DNA of 64,000 nucleotides from Candidatus Aminicenantes bacterium (GCA_963783665.1 CAWANZ010000002.1:680984-744983), one strand, 5' to 3'. Shown: positions 1 to 10,593, counted from the stretch's first letter. A program made the numbers and translations. Notes: generated by a model not told the origin, from the letters alone.

Positions 1-44
1 TGCCGCCCCCGCGCCGGGATTCGGACGGATCATTTCGCTCACGC

Positions 45-2360
45 TCAGTCGGAGGAATCCTTCCGGGCCTGTTTCTGAAGCTCGGCTTCATCCAGCCCGG
101 GATCCTGGTAGTACTCATATTGGAAGTAGGGCGTGTAGAACGTCCCCTTTTTGCTTTCGGCGTCGTTGAAAATGACTCCGGCGATCCGGGCTTTGGCTTT
201 CCGAAGCTCTTCGATTGTCCGGAGCAGGGGTTTCCGGGTCGTCTTGCCCGTTTTCAGGACAATGACGGTCATGTCGGCCAAGGCGGCCACGATCATCGGA
301 TCGACGACCGCCAAAACGGGCGGAAGATCGATCAGGACGATTTCGTACCGTTTGCGGACCACATCCAGAAGCTCTTTCATTTTCCTGGAATTCAGAAGCT
401 CGGCCGGGTTGGGCGGGTGAGGGCCGCTCGGAAGCAGGGAGAAATGGGCGACCGGGGTCTTCTGGACGGCTTCGTCCAGGTCGACCCGGCCGGTCAGGAC
501 ATCGCTCAGGCCGACGGTATTGCGGACCTGGAAAATCTTGTGAAGCCGGGGCTTGCGCAAATCGGCGTCGATCGCCAGGACCTTCTCCCCCATCTGGGCG
601 AACGAGATGGCGATGTTGGAGATGGTCGCCGACTTGCCTTCCTGGGGCTGGGTGCTGGTGAAGGCGATGATCTTCTGATCGCTGTCGATCCGGGAAAAAA
701 GGATCGAGGTCCGGACGTTCCGATAGTCCTCGGCGATCGAGATCTTCGGGAACAGGTGATTGATGAGCTCCACTTCCGCGACCTTGGCCGCTTCCTTGCC
801 CTGAGCCGACGAGTCCCCGTAGGGCGAGGCGTAAGCGCTCCCTTTGCCGTTGGCGCCGTTGGGCGAGAAATGCGGGATCAGGCCGAGGGACGGAAGGCCG
901 GTCAGCTTGTCCAGGTCCTCGGGGTTCTTGATCGTATTGTCGAGGTAGTGGGCCCCGAAGGCCAGCCCGACGCCGAGCATGAGGCCGAGGAGAAGAGCGA
1001 CGACGAGGTTGCGCTTGATGTTCGGGGAGACCGGGTCTTCGGGAACGAGGGCTTCGTCGACGATCTTGATGTTGCTCGTTTTCAGGCCGCTCAGCATGGT
1101 CGATACCTGGGTCGTTTTTTGCTGGGCATCCAGGGTCGTGATCAGCTCCCGGGTCGTATCGATATCCGAGTTAAGTCCCGCCAAATACAAGGACGCGTTG
1201 TTCTGCTCGGTGACTTCAGTCCGCTTGTCCGCGAGCATCTGCTTGAGCCGGTTTTCGTTTCCCAGGGCCTGGGAATATTCCGACGAGGCCAATTCGACGG
1301 CTTTCTGGATTTCCGTCTTGAGCTGGGTTTCGAGCGTCTCGATCCTGGTCCGGAGCTGGACCATCTCCGGGTGGTTGGGGGTATACGTGGTTTTAATCTT
1401 TTCGTCGTATTCGCCCTTGGCCTGGAGGTAGTTGGTCCGGAGGCTTTGGATCGTCGAATCGCTGACGTTTTGGGGCAAAGCGTCGACCCGGAGCCTCTGC
1501 AGCTCCTGATACTTGGCCTGGGCGGCGATCCGGGCGACCTGGGCGCTGGAATAAGCGGTCGCGGCCGAATCGTATTGGGAGGCAACCGGCTTATCCTTGT
1601 CCGAGAGCGGCAGGATCTCGTTCTCCTCGGAGTACCGCTGCCGGCGCCGCTCCATGGCGCCGAGATCGTCCTTGAGCTTGGCGATCTGCTCGGTCAGGAA
1701 ATTCGAAGTCTGCTGGGTCGCCTCCGAGCGCGTTTCGATCGTGTAGTTGATATATTCCTCGGCCAGCGTGTTCACCACGCTCGCGGCAAATTGCGGATAC
1801 GGCGAAACGTAGCGGACATCCACCAGCCGCGTTTCCGGGACCGGGTCGACCTTTAAGTTCTCCAGGAGAATGCCGGCGTACAGCGTCTCGACGGCGGTGT
1901 CCGGCGCGGTTTTTTCTTCAGCACCGGTCCGGCCTTTGTCCGCCTTGAGCCAGCGGAACGTGATGAGATATTTCACCATGCCGGGGAGCGTCTTTTTCCC
2001 GCCGAGCTCGGCTTGAAACTCCGACCGGGCGCCGAGATTCATCTTCTGAACCACCCGCTCGGCCAAGCGCCGACTCTGGATGATCCGGAGCTGGGTGTTG
2101 AAGTATGTCCCGAGAAAATCGCTGTTGCCCGTGGCCGGAGCGTTCAAAAAATCCTGGAGGTTGTACCGGGCCGATCCTTGCTCCTCGATCAGGATCTGGG
2201 CGGTCGCTTCGTAGCGCGGCGTCTGGGTGAAGGAGAGCAGGGCGGTCACGGCCAGGCAGATGCCCAGGGCGGCCAGGACGATCGTCCTCCGCTTCCAGAC
2301 GATGTCCCACAGCTCCAGGAGGTCGACGTCTTTGCGGCTCGTTTGTCGGGCGGCGGTCAT
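45..2360 (-). CDS. wzc: Polysaccharide co-polymerase / BY-kinase (Wzc/GumC family)
   Basis: N-terminal Wzz-like TM segment, coiled coil, second TM, Walker A (QPQEGKS), IDADLRKP, DLPP and a C-terminal Tyr cluster (FYTPYFQYEYY). Start set at ATG 2360 after an AAGGA RBS. Confidence 0.93.
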   Translation of the reverse strand: MTAARQTSRKDVDLLELWDIVWKRRTIVLAALGICLAVTALLSFTQTPRYEATAQILIEEQGSARYNLQDFLNAPATGNSDFLGTYFNTQLRIIQSRRLAERVVQKMNLGARSEFQAELGGKKTLPGMVKYLITFRWLKADKGRTGAEEKTAPDTAVETLYAGILLENLKVDPVPETRLVDVRYVSPYPQFAASVVNTLAEEYINYTIETRSEATQQTSNFLTEQIAKLKDDLGAMERRRQRYSEENEILPLSDKDKPVASQYDSAATAYSSAQVARIAAQAKYQELQRLRVDALPQNVSDSTIQSLRTNYLQAKGEYDEKIKTTYTPNHPEMVQLRTRIETLETQLKTEIQKAVELASSEYSQALGNENRLKQMLADKRTEVTEQNNASLYLAGLNSDIDTTRELITTLDAQQKTTQVSTMLSGLKTSNIKIVDEALVPEDPVSPNIKRNLVVALLLGLMLGVGLAFGAHYLDNTIKNPEDLDKLTGLPSLGLIPHFSPNGANGKGSAYASPYGDSSAQGKEAAKVAEVELINHLFPKISIAEDYRNVRTSILFSRIDSDQKIIAFTSTQPQEGKSATISNIAISFAQMGEKVLAIDADLRKPRLHKIFQVRNTVGLSDVLTGRVDLDEAVQKTPVAHFSLLPSGPHPPNPAELLNSRKMKELLDVVRKRYEIVLIDLPPVLAVVDPMIVAALADMTVIVLKTGKTTRKPLLRTIEELRKAKARIAGVIFNDAESKKGTFYTPYFQYEYYQDPGLDEAELQKQARKDSSD

Positions 2361-2560
2361 GTTCGTTCCTTCTTCAGAGGTCCGGGCGCGGTCCCGGCCG
2401 GACGCATTCAGCATAGGCCCCAGCCATCGAGAGAGCAATCGTCGGGGAGGATGAACCCCCCGGTGATTTTTTTCCCCTCCCCCTCCTCGTCGGGGGTGAG
2501 AAACGAAGGGCTTAAGAGCGGCCCCCGGCTCAGCAACGAGGGCTAACCCGCAATCCTGCC

Positions 2561-3427
2561 TTAGAAAATCGTGTCCGGGACGAAAACAGTATCCCCTTCT
2601 TTCAGCTGGAAATCCGGGTCTTTATTGCTTTGGATGCGGGCGACGTTGATCTCGAACGTCTTTTCCTTGCCGTCGGCGTCCTTCCGGGTCACGACCACCC
2701 GGCGCTTGGCCGCCCGCTCGGTGAATCCGCCCGCCTGGGCGATCGCCTGGGTGACGGTTGGGATTCGGGATTGGAGGACGTTCAGAGCTCCGGGCATTTT
2801 CACCTGGCCGTAAATATAGACCTGGACGGTCCGGTCGATTTGAACGATGACCGAGTCGCCGGCCTCCAAGGGGAGGTTGAATTTCGGGTCGCCCTTCATC
2901 ATGAGGTCGTCGATCGGAATCTTCAGGTTGTTCGTCGTCCCATCCGGGAAGGTCCGGATGATAATGATCTCCCGGGCGGCTTCCTTGGTCAGGCCGCCGG
3001 CCGCGGTAATCGCTTCCAGGAGCGTCATCCGGCCGATGAGGGGGACGAATCCCGGCTTGGCCACCGCGCCCAGGAGGGAAACCTGCTTGCTCTGGCGTTC
3101 CTTGATGACCACGGAGACATGGGGATCGCGAATAAAAGGAGCGTAAAGCTCGGCCAGCTTCTTCTCAAGCTCCGGCGACGTCAGGCCCTCGACGTACACC
3201 TCGTTGATGATGGCCAGGTTGATCTTGCCCTGCTCGGTGACCCGGACCTCGGCGTTCATCTTGACGTCCTCCCTGACCTTGATCTCCAGGAGGTCCTTGG
3301 GGCCGATGCGGTACGGAATCACGTAGCCGTCGGACTGGGCGGCCGCGGGGTCCTGGGCGAAAAGCGGGGCCAGGAGGAAACCAAAAACGAAAGCCGCGAG
3401 GACCGCGGCCGGAATCCGTGTCTTCAT
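2561..3427 (-). CDS. wza: Polysaccharide export protein (Wza/Poly_export + two SLBB domains)
   Basis: Signal peptide, YRIGPKDLLEI motif, two SLBB repeats (TLLEAITAAGG, TVTQAIAQAGG). GGAG RBS before ATG 3427. Confidence 0.9.
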   Translation of the reverse strand: MKTRIPAAVLAAFVFGFLLAPLFAQDPAAAQSDGYVIPYRIGPKDLLEIKVREDVKMNAEVRVTEQGKINLAIINEVYVEGLTSPELEKKLAELYAPFIRDPHVSVVIKERQSKQVSLLGAVAKPGFVPLIGRMTLLEAITAAGGLTKEAAREIIIIRTFPDGTTNNLKIPIDDLMMKGDPKFNLPLEAGDSVIVQIDRTVQVYIYGQVKMPGALNVLQSRIPTVTQAIAQAGGFTERAAKRRVVVTRKDADGKEKTFEINVARIQSNKDPDFQLKEGDTVFVPDTIF

Positions 3428-3473
3428 GTGAAACTCCCTATTCGACGTGATCACCTGCGTTATCCGCGACAGG

Positions 3474-4733
3474 TTAAAAGCTCTGTTGGAGGACAAGGCC
3501 GACGAAATTTCGGGTGCGGTCGAAATTCGAAAGGCCCGATGTCCAGCGCTCCGCGTTCCAGGAAAGGCCGAGGCCCGCCGTCCGAAAGACGCGGAAAATC
3601 AACCCCACGGAATGAAGCCGGTGCCGGTCCTCCCGGTCGTCCGGAGATGCGGCGGCCTCTTCCCCGAAGGCGGCCGATCGAGCGGAATAGTCCGCCCGCC
3701 CCCTGGCAAAATCGTAATCGATTTTCAGAAAGGAGGTCAAATAGACCGACCCGCCCAGCCGGACCGAATCCTCGACATAATAGAAGATCTGGGCATACGT
3801 GGAAAAGACCAGGTCCCGGGCGAATTGCAGGCGGACGGCCAGCCGCCCGGTCCGCAGGTCGAGCCCGGTGTTTCCCACCAAGCCGCGGAACACCGGCTCC
3901 CCTGCCGTTTTCGGGTCGAAGGTTTTATATCCGAGGTTGAGGAGGCCGCGGATTCGGCCGAGAAGGGGAAACCGGAAGCCGGCCCGGATGCCGGTCGCCA
4001 TCGCGTCGCGCCAACCGGCTGCGTTGTCGACGAATTTGTATTCCTGGACCTCCCCGCGAAAAAACAGGAATCCGTCGGTGAAAAGCTGGTAGTAGGCTTC
4101 GGCCGCGAGTTCCCGCTCCTCCCGGTCGAGAAGCTGAGCCACCGGCGCTTCGTCGGGCGATATCAGGATCTCGTCATAAGAAATCTTCCGGACGGCCCCG
4201 GAGATCCCGATCGATGTTTTTCGGGCGGTCTCGAAGGCCAGGCCGGCGGCGAGGCTTCTCACCCGGTCCGTGGCCGGAATCTGGAATTCCGAAGAAATCC
4301 GGCGGCGGTGCCGATCGTCTCCGGCATCCGCGGACAGGACGAAGCGGCGCAGAAAGAGAGCCCGGAATCCGGCTCCATAGCCGTTGGTGAAGGACCGTTG
4401 GTACGATTCCTTTTGATAATAGGCGTATTCAGGATTCTCGCGGGCATAAAGGATCAGGGTGTTGCGGAGGGGCCAGTAGGCTCTGACTTCCGGAGAGAGC
4501 GTCGCGGTGAAATCCTTTTTCGGCTCCCCGGAGTCGCTTCCGAAATAGAGGTTGTCGTCGAAGCCCACATCCCGGATGGTGATCGTCGGATAGATCCGAA
4601 AGGGGCCCAGCTTCCAGCGTGTCCGGGTCAGGATTCTCTGGTATTCGTCCGAGAAATTTTGATAGCTCTGAGCCGAAAGAAACCCGGCGGCCAGGGTCAG
4701 TCCCAGGGCTAAGGTCATCGCGAAGCGGCGCAT
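3474..4733 (-). CDS. EPS-locus outer-membrane beta-barrel protein
   Basis: Signal peptide, alternating amphipathic beta strands, C-terminal Phe (LQQSF), directly upstream of wza. Confidence 0.75.
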   Translation of the reverse strand: MRRFAMTLALGLTLAAGFLSAQSYQNFSDEYQRILTRTRWKLGPFRIYPTITIRDVGFDDNLYFGSDSGEPKKDFTATLSPEVRAYWPLRNTLILYARENPEYAYYQKESYQRSFTNGYGAGFRALFLRRFVLSADAGDDRHRRRISSEFQIPATDRVRSLAAGLAFETARKTSIGISGAVRKISYDEILISPDEAPVAQLLDREERELAAEAYYQLFTDGFLFFRGEVQEYKFVDNAAGWRDAMATGIRAGFRFPLLGRIRGLLNLGYKTFDPKTAGEPVFRGLVGNTGLDLRTGRLAVRLQFARDLVFSTYAQIFYYVEDSVRLGGSVYLTSFLKIDYDFARGRADYSARSAAFGEEAAASPDDREDRHRLHSVGLIFRVFRTAGLGLSWNAERWTSGLSNFDRTRNFVGLVLQQSF

Positions 4734-4756
4734 TGCGGTGAAACGGATCCGCCGGG

Positions 4757-5950
4757 TCAATTCAAGAGCCGGTCCAGAAAGGCGGGTTTCCGGGAAAACG
4801 ACCGAAAGATTTCGGCGACGGCGGCCTTGCGGAAGAGCGACCGGATCACCCCGCTCTGCCAGTCGAAATTCCCCTCGCCTTGGATCAAGGGAATGAGGCC
4901 GTCGGTCTGGGCCAGCGTGAACAGGGCTTCGAACTGAGATTCGCTCATCCAGGAATAGAGCTTCCTCACATACAATCCGAGGGAAATTTCCCGACGGAGG
5001 GCGGCTTTCCAGCGGCGCTCGTAGGCCGCAAGCGAGGCGGCCCCGAGGGAATCGGCAGCCAGGGCTTCCCGGATGACATCGGCGGCGATCCGGGCTCCCC
5101 ACAAACCATAATAAACGCCCCCGCCGGTGGTCGTTTTGACCTGTCCGGCGGCCTCGCCTACGGATAAGGCCCGGTCGGCGACGGTTGTTTTGGCCATGCC
5201 TTGATAGATCGGTTTGAATTCGAGCGGTCGGGCGGCGCCTTCCAGCGACATCCCGGGGTGGTGCCGGCGAAGGAACGCCTCAAACGCCTCCCGCGGGTGC
5301 TCGTCGGTAATCAATCCGATCCGCATCCGGCCGTCTCCGGAAGGAACGGACCAGGCGAATCCGCCGGGCGCCGTCGGCGGTCCGGCATAAATCGTCGGGA
5401 TCACCGCGCCATCGCTTTCGATTTCGGCCTGGGCTCCGTGGACGATCCTTTTGGGGAGCGTCAGTTTCAGTTTTGCGTGCAGTCGCCGGTCCACACCCGT
5501 GGCCAAAACGGCCATCCGGGCCCGGCGGCGGACCGGGACATCGGCGACGACCGTCTCGAGGATGACGCCGTCGGGCAAGACCTCGATGTCGAGGACGGAC
5601 GTCCCCGTTTCGATTTCCGCCCCGGCCCGTTCGGCCAAGCCGGCTAAGGCTTGATCGAAGCGACGCCGATCGACCACCGCGGCAAACGGCGCCGGGTGGC
5701 GGTAAAGGATCGTCTTTCCCGTGGAGGAGACGATCCGGGCTTCCTGGAACTCCGAGGTGAGAATATCGGCCGGCAGGTCGAATTCGGAAAACAGCTCCCG
5801 GCCGACAAAGCCGGTGCAGACAACGTTCGATCCGATTTCCGGCTTTTTTTCGAAAACGGAGACGCGCGCCCCGGTTTCGGCCAGCAAGCGGGCGGTTTGC
5901 AGGCCGGCCGGCCCGCCGCCAATCACCGCCACGTCGATACAATCCGTCAT
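4757..5950 (-). CDS. Geranylgeranyl reductase-family FAD-dependent oxidoreductase
   Basis: DVAVIGGGPAG FAD motif, VCTG, DRRRFD, FAWSVP, VGEAAGQVKTTTGGGVYYG. Confidence 0.85.
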   Translation of the reverse strand: MTDCIDVAVIGGGPAGLQTARLLAETGARVSVFEKKPEIGSNVVCTGFVGRELFSEFDLPADILTSEFQEARIVSSTGKTILYRHPAPFAAVVDRRRFDQALAGLAERAGAEIETGTSVLDIEVLPDGVILETVVADVPVRRRARMAVLATGVDRRLHAKLKLTLPKRIVHGAQAEIESDGAVIPTIYAGPPTAPGGFAWSVPSGDGRMRIGLITDEHPREAFEAFLRRHHPGMSLEGAARPLEFKPIYQGMAKTTVADRALSVGEAAGQVKTTTGGGVYYGLWGARIAADVIREALAADSLGAASLAAYERRWKAALRREISLGLYVRKLYSWMSESQFEALFTLAQTDGLIPLIQGEGNFDWQSGVIRSLFRKAAVAEIFRSFSRKPAFLDRLLN

Positions 5951-6035
5951 TTCGTAATCTCGGAATGTCCTTGGAACTCGCGACATCAGATGAGGCTCAA
6001 ATGAAGGCGTATTATGACGATTTTTCCGATAGGAA

Positions 6036-6666
6036 TCAAATCTTCGATTGCCGGGATTCCCATTTTCCCCGGAACGTGATCCAGAAGGAGAGGAAAATCA
6101 GCCGGAGGTCAAACCAGAAGCTTCGCTTCCGGAGATAAAGAAGGTCATAGCGGAACTTCTTCCGCCGGGGCGTGTCGCCGGGAAGAAAAACCTGGGTCAG
6201 GCCGGTCAGCCCCGGACGGACGACATGCCGTTCCCGGATAGCCGGGGATATCCTGGATGTCGCGCCGATCCGGATCGCCGTGAACTTCCTGTTCGTTCGG
6301 CCTGAGGGCCCGCGGGCCGACGAAGCTCATGTCTCCTTTGAAGATGTTGACCAATTGGGGAAGCTCGTCCATCGCCGTCGCCCGGAGGATCCGGCCCACC
6401 CGGGTGACCCGGGGATCTCGTTCGACCGCCTGCTTCGGGCCGTCCTTCTCGGCGTCGGTCCGCATGGACCGGAACTTGAGGGCTTTAAAGATGCGGCCGT
6501 TCTTCCCCACCCGCTCCTGGCCGAAAAAGACGGGCCCTCCGTCTTCCAGCTTGATCAGGATCGGGATCGCGATCCAGAGAGGCGAGGACAGAAGCAGCCC
6601 GATGAAAGCCAGTCCGGCATCGAACGGCCGCTTGAGGAACAGCGCTTTCCAGAGCGGGGCGCTCAT
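6036..6666 (-). CDS. Priming (polyprenyl-phosphate) sugar transferase, one frameshift near 6235
   Basis: KRPFD, KFRSM, DPRVTRVGRILR, DELPQLVNIFKGDMSFVGPR. After a +1 indel it continues VRPGLTGLTQ...YDLLY...DLRLI to TGA at 6036. Confidence 0.9.
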
Positions 6667-7898
6667 GAGCGGACCTTCTCCGGACGGCTGTCGAGGGATT
6701 GCATCAATTTCTCGAAGGCGTCGATCACGCTCCGCCGGGAATACTTTTCTTCCGCCAAACGCCGGCCCCGGGCGGCCATTTCGGAGCAGAGGGACGGGGC
6801 TTCCTTGAGGCTTTGGATCGCGGCCGCGATCCGAACCGTGTCGTCGGGCGGAGCGCAGAGCCCGCATTCGGCGTCGCGGATGATCTGAAAAACTTCCGAG
6901 GCTTCCGTCGCCAGGCCCAGAATCGGCCGGCCGGCGGCCAGGAAGTTATAGAGCTTCGAAGGGACGGATAAAAACGACTTGTCCTTGTCCAGGGGGACCA
7001 ACAGCGCGTCGGCCGAGGCCAGAAGATGGGGCAGGTCGCCGTAAGGCTGGAACGGGAGAAAAACGACGTTTCGGAGCTTGAGGGCTTCGGCCCGGGCCCG
7101 GAGGTCGGGGAGCTTGAGCCCGTCTCCGACGATGACCACCCGGATTTTCGGATCGGCCGCCAGAAACCGGGCCGCCTCCAGGATCCGGACGAGCGTTTCG
7201 AAGCTGGAGATGCTGATCGTCCCCGAATACATGACCGTGAAGAGATCGTGCAGGCCGTATTTGCGCGAAACCGGGTTGTCTTTTGGGAGCGGACGGAGAA
7301 ATTCCGTGTCCACCCAATTTGGGATCACGGAAATCTTCGCCTCCGGGACGTTTTTCGACAGGAGGTTTCTCTTGAAACCGTCGCTGATGACCACGATCCG
7401 GTCGTGGCCGTCATACAGGAGCTTTTCAAAAGCCTTGGCGGCCTTGATGGCGAATGGATTGCGGAGGATGCCCGCTTCGATCGAGAGGTCCGGGTGGATG
7501 TCCTGGACGTTGAGGATGACGGACGCGCCGCGAAGGCGGCGGGCCAGGATCCCGGTCAAGCCGAGCTGGAGGGGCGGCAGCCGGAGAAAGACGATGTCAC
7601 CGCGCCGGACGGTCCGGAGGTTCCAGAAGGTGGCCAAGGTATAGATGGTCCAGGCGATCAGCCGGCCGATGGGATGGACGGTGAAATTGGTCGGATAGCG
7701 TTTGACGAGCACGCCGTTTCTGTTCTCCCGGACGAGCATGCGCCCCTCGTAGCCGCGGTTATGCGGCGGCCGGGGGATCGTCGTGATGATTTCGACCCGG
7801 TGACCGCGGGACGCCAATGAAGCGGCCAGCTCGTCCATCAGGATCGGGGCGCTGCCCATGTCCGGGAGGTAGTACATCGTGTGGATGAGAACTCTCAT
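6663..7898 (-). CDS. Glycosyltransferase family 4 (WcaI/WbuB-like)
   Basis: YYLPD, VQDIHPD, VIPNWVD, PSKLYNFLAAGRPI. ATGA overlaps with both neighbours. Confidence 0.9.
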   Translation of the reverse strand: MRVLIHTMYYLPDMGSAPILMDELAASLASRGHRVEIITTIPRPPHNRGYEGRMLVRENRNGVLVKRYPTNFTVHPIGRLIAWTIYTLATFWNLRTVRRGDIVFLRLPPLQLGLTGILARRLRGASVILNVQDIHPDLSIEAGILRNPFAIKAAKAFEKLLYDGHDRIVVISDGFKRNLLSKNVPEAKISVIPNWVDTEFLRPLPKDNPVSRKYGLHDLFTVMYSGTISISSFETLVRILEAARFLAADPKIRVVIVGDGLKLPDLRARAEALKLRNVVFLPFQPYGDLPHLLASADALLVPLDKDKSFLSVPSKLYNFLAAGRPILGLATEASEVFQIIRDAECGLCAPPDDTVRIAAAIQSLKEAPSLCSEMAARGRRLAEEKYSRRSVIDAFEKLMQSLDSRPEKVRS

Positions 7899-9124
7899 AA
7901 AATCACCTCGGAGCCGGAGTCGGGAACGGACGACCGGCGGAGCATGAAGGAAATGAAGGCCATAGCCGGGACGAGCAAAAGGAGGTCGACGCCGTAGAAG
8001 GCCGCGGTCGACTCGAAGAAGGTTCGGGACGTCAGGAAGACGACAATTAAGACGGATTCCGTGAGCAAGATCTGGTCTTCCCCTTCCAGCGACCGGGTGA
8101 CCTTGAAGATCCTCTTTTTAAGCATGACGATCCAGATCCCGGCAAGGGAGGCCAGAAAGAGGACCGCTCCGATGATTCCCTCTTGGATGGCCGCATGGAG
8201 GTAGGAGTTGTGCATGTGAAGGTTGCGGAGCATGATCCGGTCGGCGTTGAAGCCCCAGCCGAGAAACGGGGAGGCTTCGATTTTATCGATTCCGGCGCTC
8301 CAACCGACCTGGCGGCCTGAAAGGTCGAGCAATCGCTCGAAGTTGCTCTGGGCCCGGCCCTGAAACCCGGAGACGTAGATGATCCCCAGGGCGGCCAGGC
8401 CGACCAGGAAAAACTTGAAGTTGATCCCCTTGAGCAGGACGAAAAACATCATTACCAAGGCCAGGCCCAGGAGCGACGTCCGTGACTCGGTCTGGGCCAG
8501 CATGAAGAAGGCCGGCGGCAGGGGCAGGAGCCAGATCCAGCGCTTTTTGCCGTGCCCCGCGGCCAGACGAACGACGCTGACGATGATGACGATCAGGGCA
8601 TAGCGGCCGACGCCGTTCCGGGTCACCTCCCCCAAGCCGAATGGAATCGCATAGAGTTGCGTGTTGGCTTGGGCGCCCCGCCAGATCCTGATGGCCGAGG
8701 GGAGCAGGGAGAACGTCAGGGCGAAAAAGATCGCATAGTTAAGCTGGATGGTGATCTTGAGGCGGTGGAAGTTGTCCTCCCCTTCCGTGACCATCCAGAA
8801 GACCATGAGCGGGGCCAGGTACAAACCCGCCCAATAGGCCGATTCCCAGGGTTCCGCCGAAAGCAGGAAGGAGACGGACAGACCGATGAAGCCGTAAGCG
8901 AAGAGGAAGCCGAGCGGATTTTTCAGATAAGGAAATTTCGCCCGCTTGACGATGATCCACATCAAGGCCAGATACGTCGCCAGATGCGGTAAAAACGCCC
9001 GGGTCCCCTGAAAGAAGGTCTTGAAATCGGAGAGGAAGATCTCGGAATACGGCGGCTGGATGTACCGGGTATCGGTGAACATCCCGGCCCACACGAGCAG
9101 CCAGAGCAACAGCGTGAAATTCAT
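7895..9124 (-). CDS. O-antigen ligase / Wzy-type polymerase
   Basis: About 11 hydrophobic helices, SRT motif, LSGR...W...PFLGWG, HMHNSYL. Confidence 0.85.
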   Translation of the reverse strand: MNFTLLLWLLVWAGMFTDTRYIQPPYSEIFLSDFKTFFQGTRAFLPHLATYLALMWIIVKRAKFPYLKNPLGFLFAYGFIGLSVSFLLSAEPWESAYWAGLYLAPLMVFWMVTEGEDNFHRLKITIQLNYAIFFALTFSLLPSAIRIWRGAQANTQLYAIPFGLGEVTRNGVGRYALIVIIVSVVRLAAGHGKKRWIWLLPLPPAFFMLAQTESRTSLLGLALVMMFFVLLKGINFKFFLVGLAALGIIYVSGFQGRAQSNFERLLDLSGRQVGWSAGIDKIEASPFLGWGFNADRIMLRNLHMHNSYLHAAIQEGIIGAVLFLASLAGIWIVMLKKRIFKVTRSLEGEDQILLTESVLIVVFLTSRTFFESTAAFYGVDLLLLVPAMAFISFMLRRSSVPDSGSEVIL

Positions 9125-10575
9125 GTTTGCTTCAGCCCCAAACCGGCCGTTGAGGCCAGCTCCCGGAGGAGGTCGCGGCCTTTCCAGAGAACGATCGATC
9201 CATAAACTGCCACGCCCGCCGCGACCGAAACCAGGAGGTCGGAAAGCGGCGATAGCTGCCACGGCTCCCAGGCCAAGGCCCGGAGGCCCAGAACGACGGC
9301 GATGATCGCGGCGGAGCCGATCGTCGGCAGGCGGAGCCGGCTCAGAAAGGGACGCCAGCGGAGCGTAATGAGCTTGTTCGTCACGCCCTGAATGACGGGG
9401 CTTAAAGCCGCCGTCCACAGGGTGAAAGCGATCGTCACGCCCATCAGGCCGTATTTGACCCCGACGAAAAACGCGACCAGGTTGCCGACGAGGGCTATGA
9501 AATTGAGCTTGAAGCTCAGGTCGGACCGCCCTTTCGCATACTGCACGGCCGAGGCCGGGCTGAGGATAGATTGGATGGCCCCGACGATGCAGAAGACTTC
9601 AAGCACGGCCGCGGCCGGAAGCCATTTGGCTCCGTAGACGGACGCGATCAGGCTGTGGCTGACGGCGAACATTCCGGCCATAATCGGGAACGTGACCAGG
9701 GAGATGAATTTGATCACTCGGAGATAGCCGTCCCGGATCCGGGCGTTGTCGTTCTGGATCAGGGAGAACGCCGGGAAGATGACCCGGGTGACGGAATCGG
9801 AGATTTTCCAGGCCGGCGTCAGCATCAGGCTGTAGGCGAGGGAATAATAACCCAGAGCCTCCATCCCGAGAAAACGCCCGATGATGATGTTATCCACGTT
9901 CTGGGAAGTGAAGCTGACGATCTGCTCGCCCAGGACAAAAATTCCGAATTTGAGAAGGGGACGGACGGAGGCCAGATTGAACTGCCAGCCCGGCCGCATG
10001 TCGGCCGAAATCCACAGGAGGACGACGCGAAGCCCGGCGCCCAGGATGTAGCCGTAGACGATGCTCCAGATGCCGTACCCCATCAACGCCAGGACGATCG
10101 AGGACGCGCCGCTCGTCAGCGCCTCGGCAATCTCGATCTTGAACCGGGTTTTAAAATCGAGCTTCTTCTGAAGGAGCGCCGCGAACATCGACCCGAGAGC
10201 GCAGACAACGAAGGCGAGAGACATGACCTTCAGGATCGGCCCCAGCCGCTCCTCCTGGAAGAAGGCGGCCAAAGCCCCGGAGCCGAGATACATCATCCCG
10301 GCCAGGAGGATGCCTCCGCCGACGTTCAGAAAAAATATCGTGGAGAACTGTTCCCGGGTGACCGATTCCTCATGGACGATCGCCGCCCCCAAGCCCATGT
10401 CGGCCAGGAGGGTCAAAAGGCCCATCATGATCAGAATGATCCCGCGAAGGCCGAAATCCGAAGGCTCCAGGATATTAGCCAGGACGGCGAGAACAACGAA
10501 CGTCCAGGCTGTCACAAGCGACGCGGACCCGCCTTTCCACAGGATACCTTGCGCCGTTCGCTTCGTTAAAGACAT
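9121..10575 (-). CDS. wzx: Polysaccharide flippase (WzxC-like, MOP superfamily)
   Basis: LEPSDFG, DMGLGAAIV, DNIIIGRFLG...LGYY, YGAKW, 12-14 TM segments. Confidence 0.9.
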   Translation of the reverse strand: MSLTKRTAQGILWKGGSASLVTAWTFVVLAVLANILEPSDFGLRGIILIMMGLLTLLADMGLGAAIVHEESVTREQFSTIFFLNVGGGILLAGMMYLGSGALAAFFQEERLGPILKVMSLAFVVCALGSMFAALLQKKLDFKTRFKIEIAEALTSGASSIVLALMGYGIWSIVYGYILGAGLRVVLLWISADMRPGWQFNLASVRPLLKFGIFVLGEQIVSFTSQNVDNIIIGRFLGMEALGYYSLAYSLMLTPAWKISDSVTRVIFPAFSLIQNDNARIRDGYLRVIKFISLVTFPIMAGMFAVSHSLIASVYGAKWLPAAAVLEVFCIVGAIQSILSPASAVQYAKGRSDLSFKLNFIALVGNLVAFFVGVKYGLMGVTIAFTLWTAALSPVIQGVTNKLITLRWRPFLSRLRLPTIGSAAIIAVVLGLRALAWEPWQLSPLSDLLVSVAAGVAVYGSIVLWKGRDLLRELASTAGLGLKQT

Positions 10576-10580
10576 GAAGA

Positions 10581-10593
10581 CGGGCTACCGCCC
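10581..10593 (-). promoter_or_regulatory. ops-like element (GGGCGGTAGCCCG)
   Basis: Core GGCGGTAG at 10585-10592 on minus, 9 nt upstream of the first start codon of the EPS operon. It can form a GGGC-GGTA-GCCC hairpin. Confidence 0.45.
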
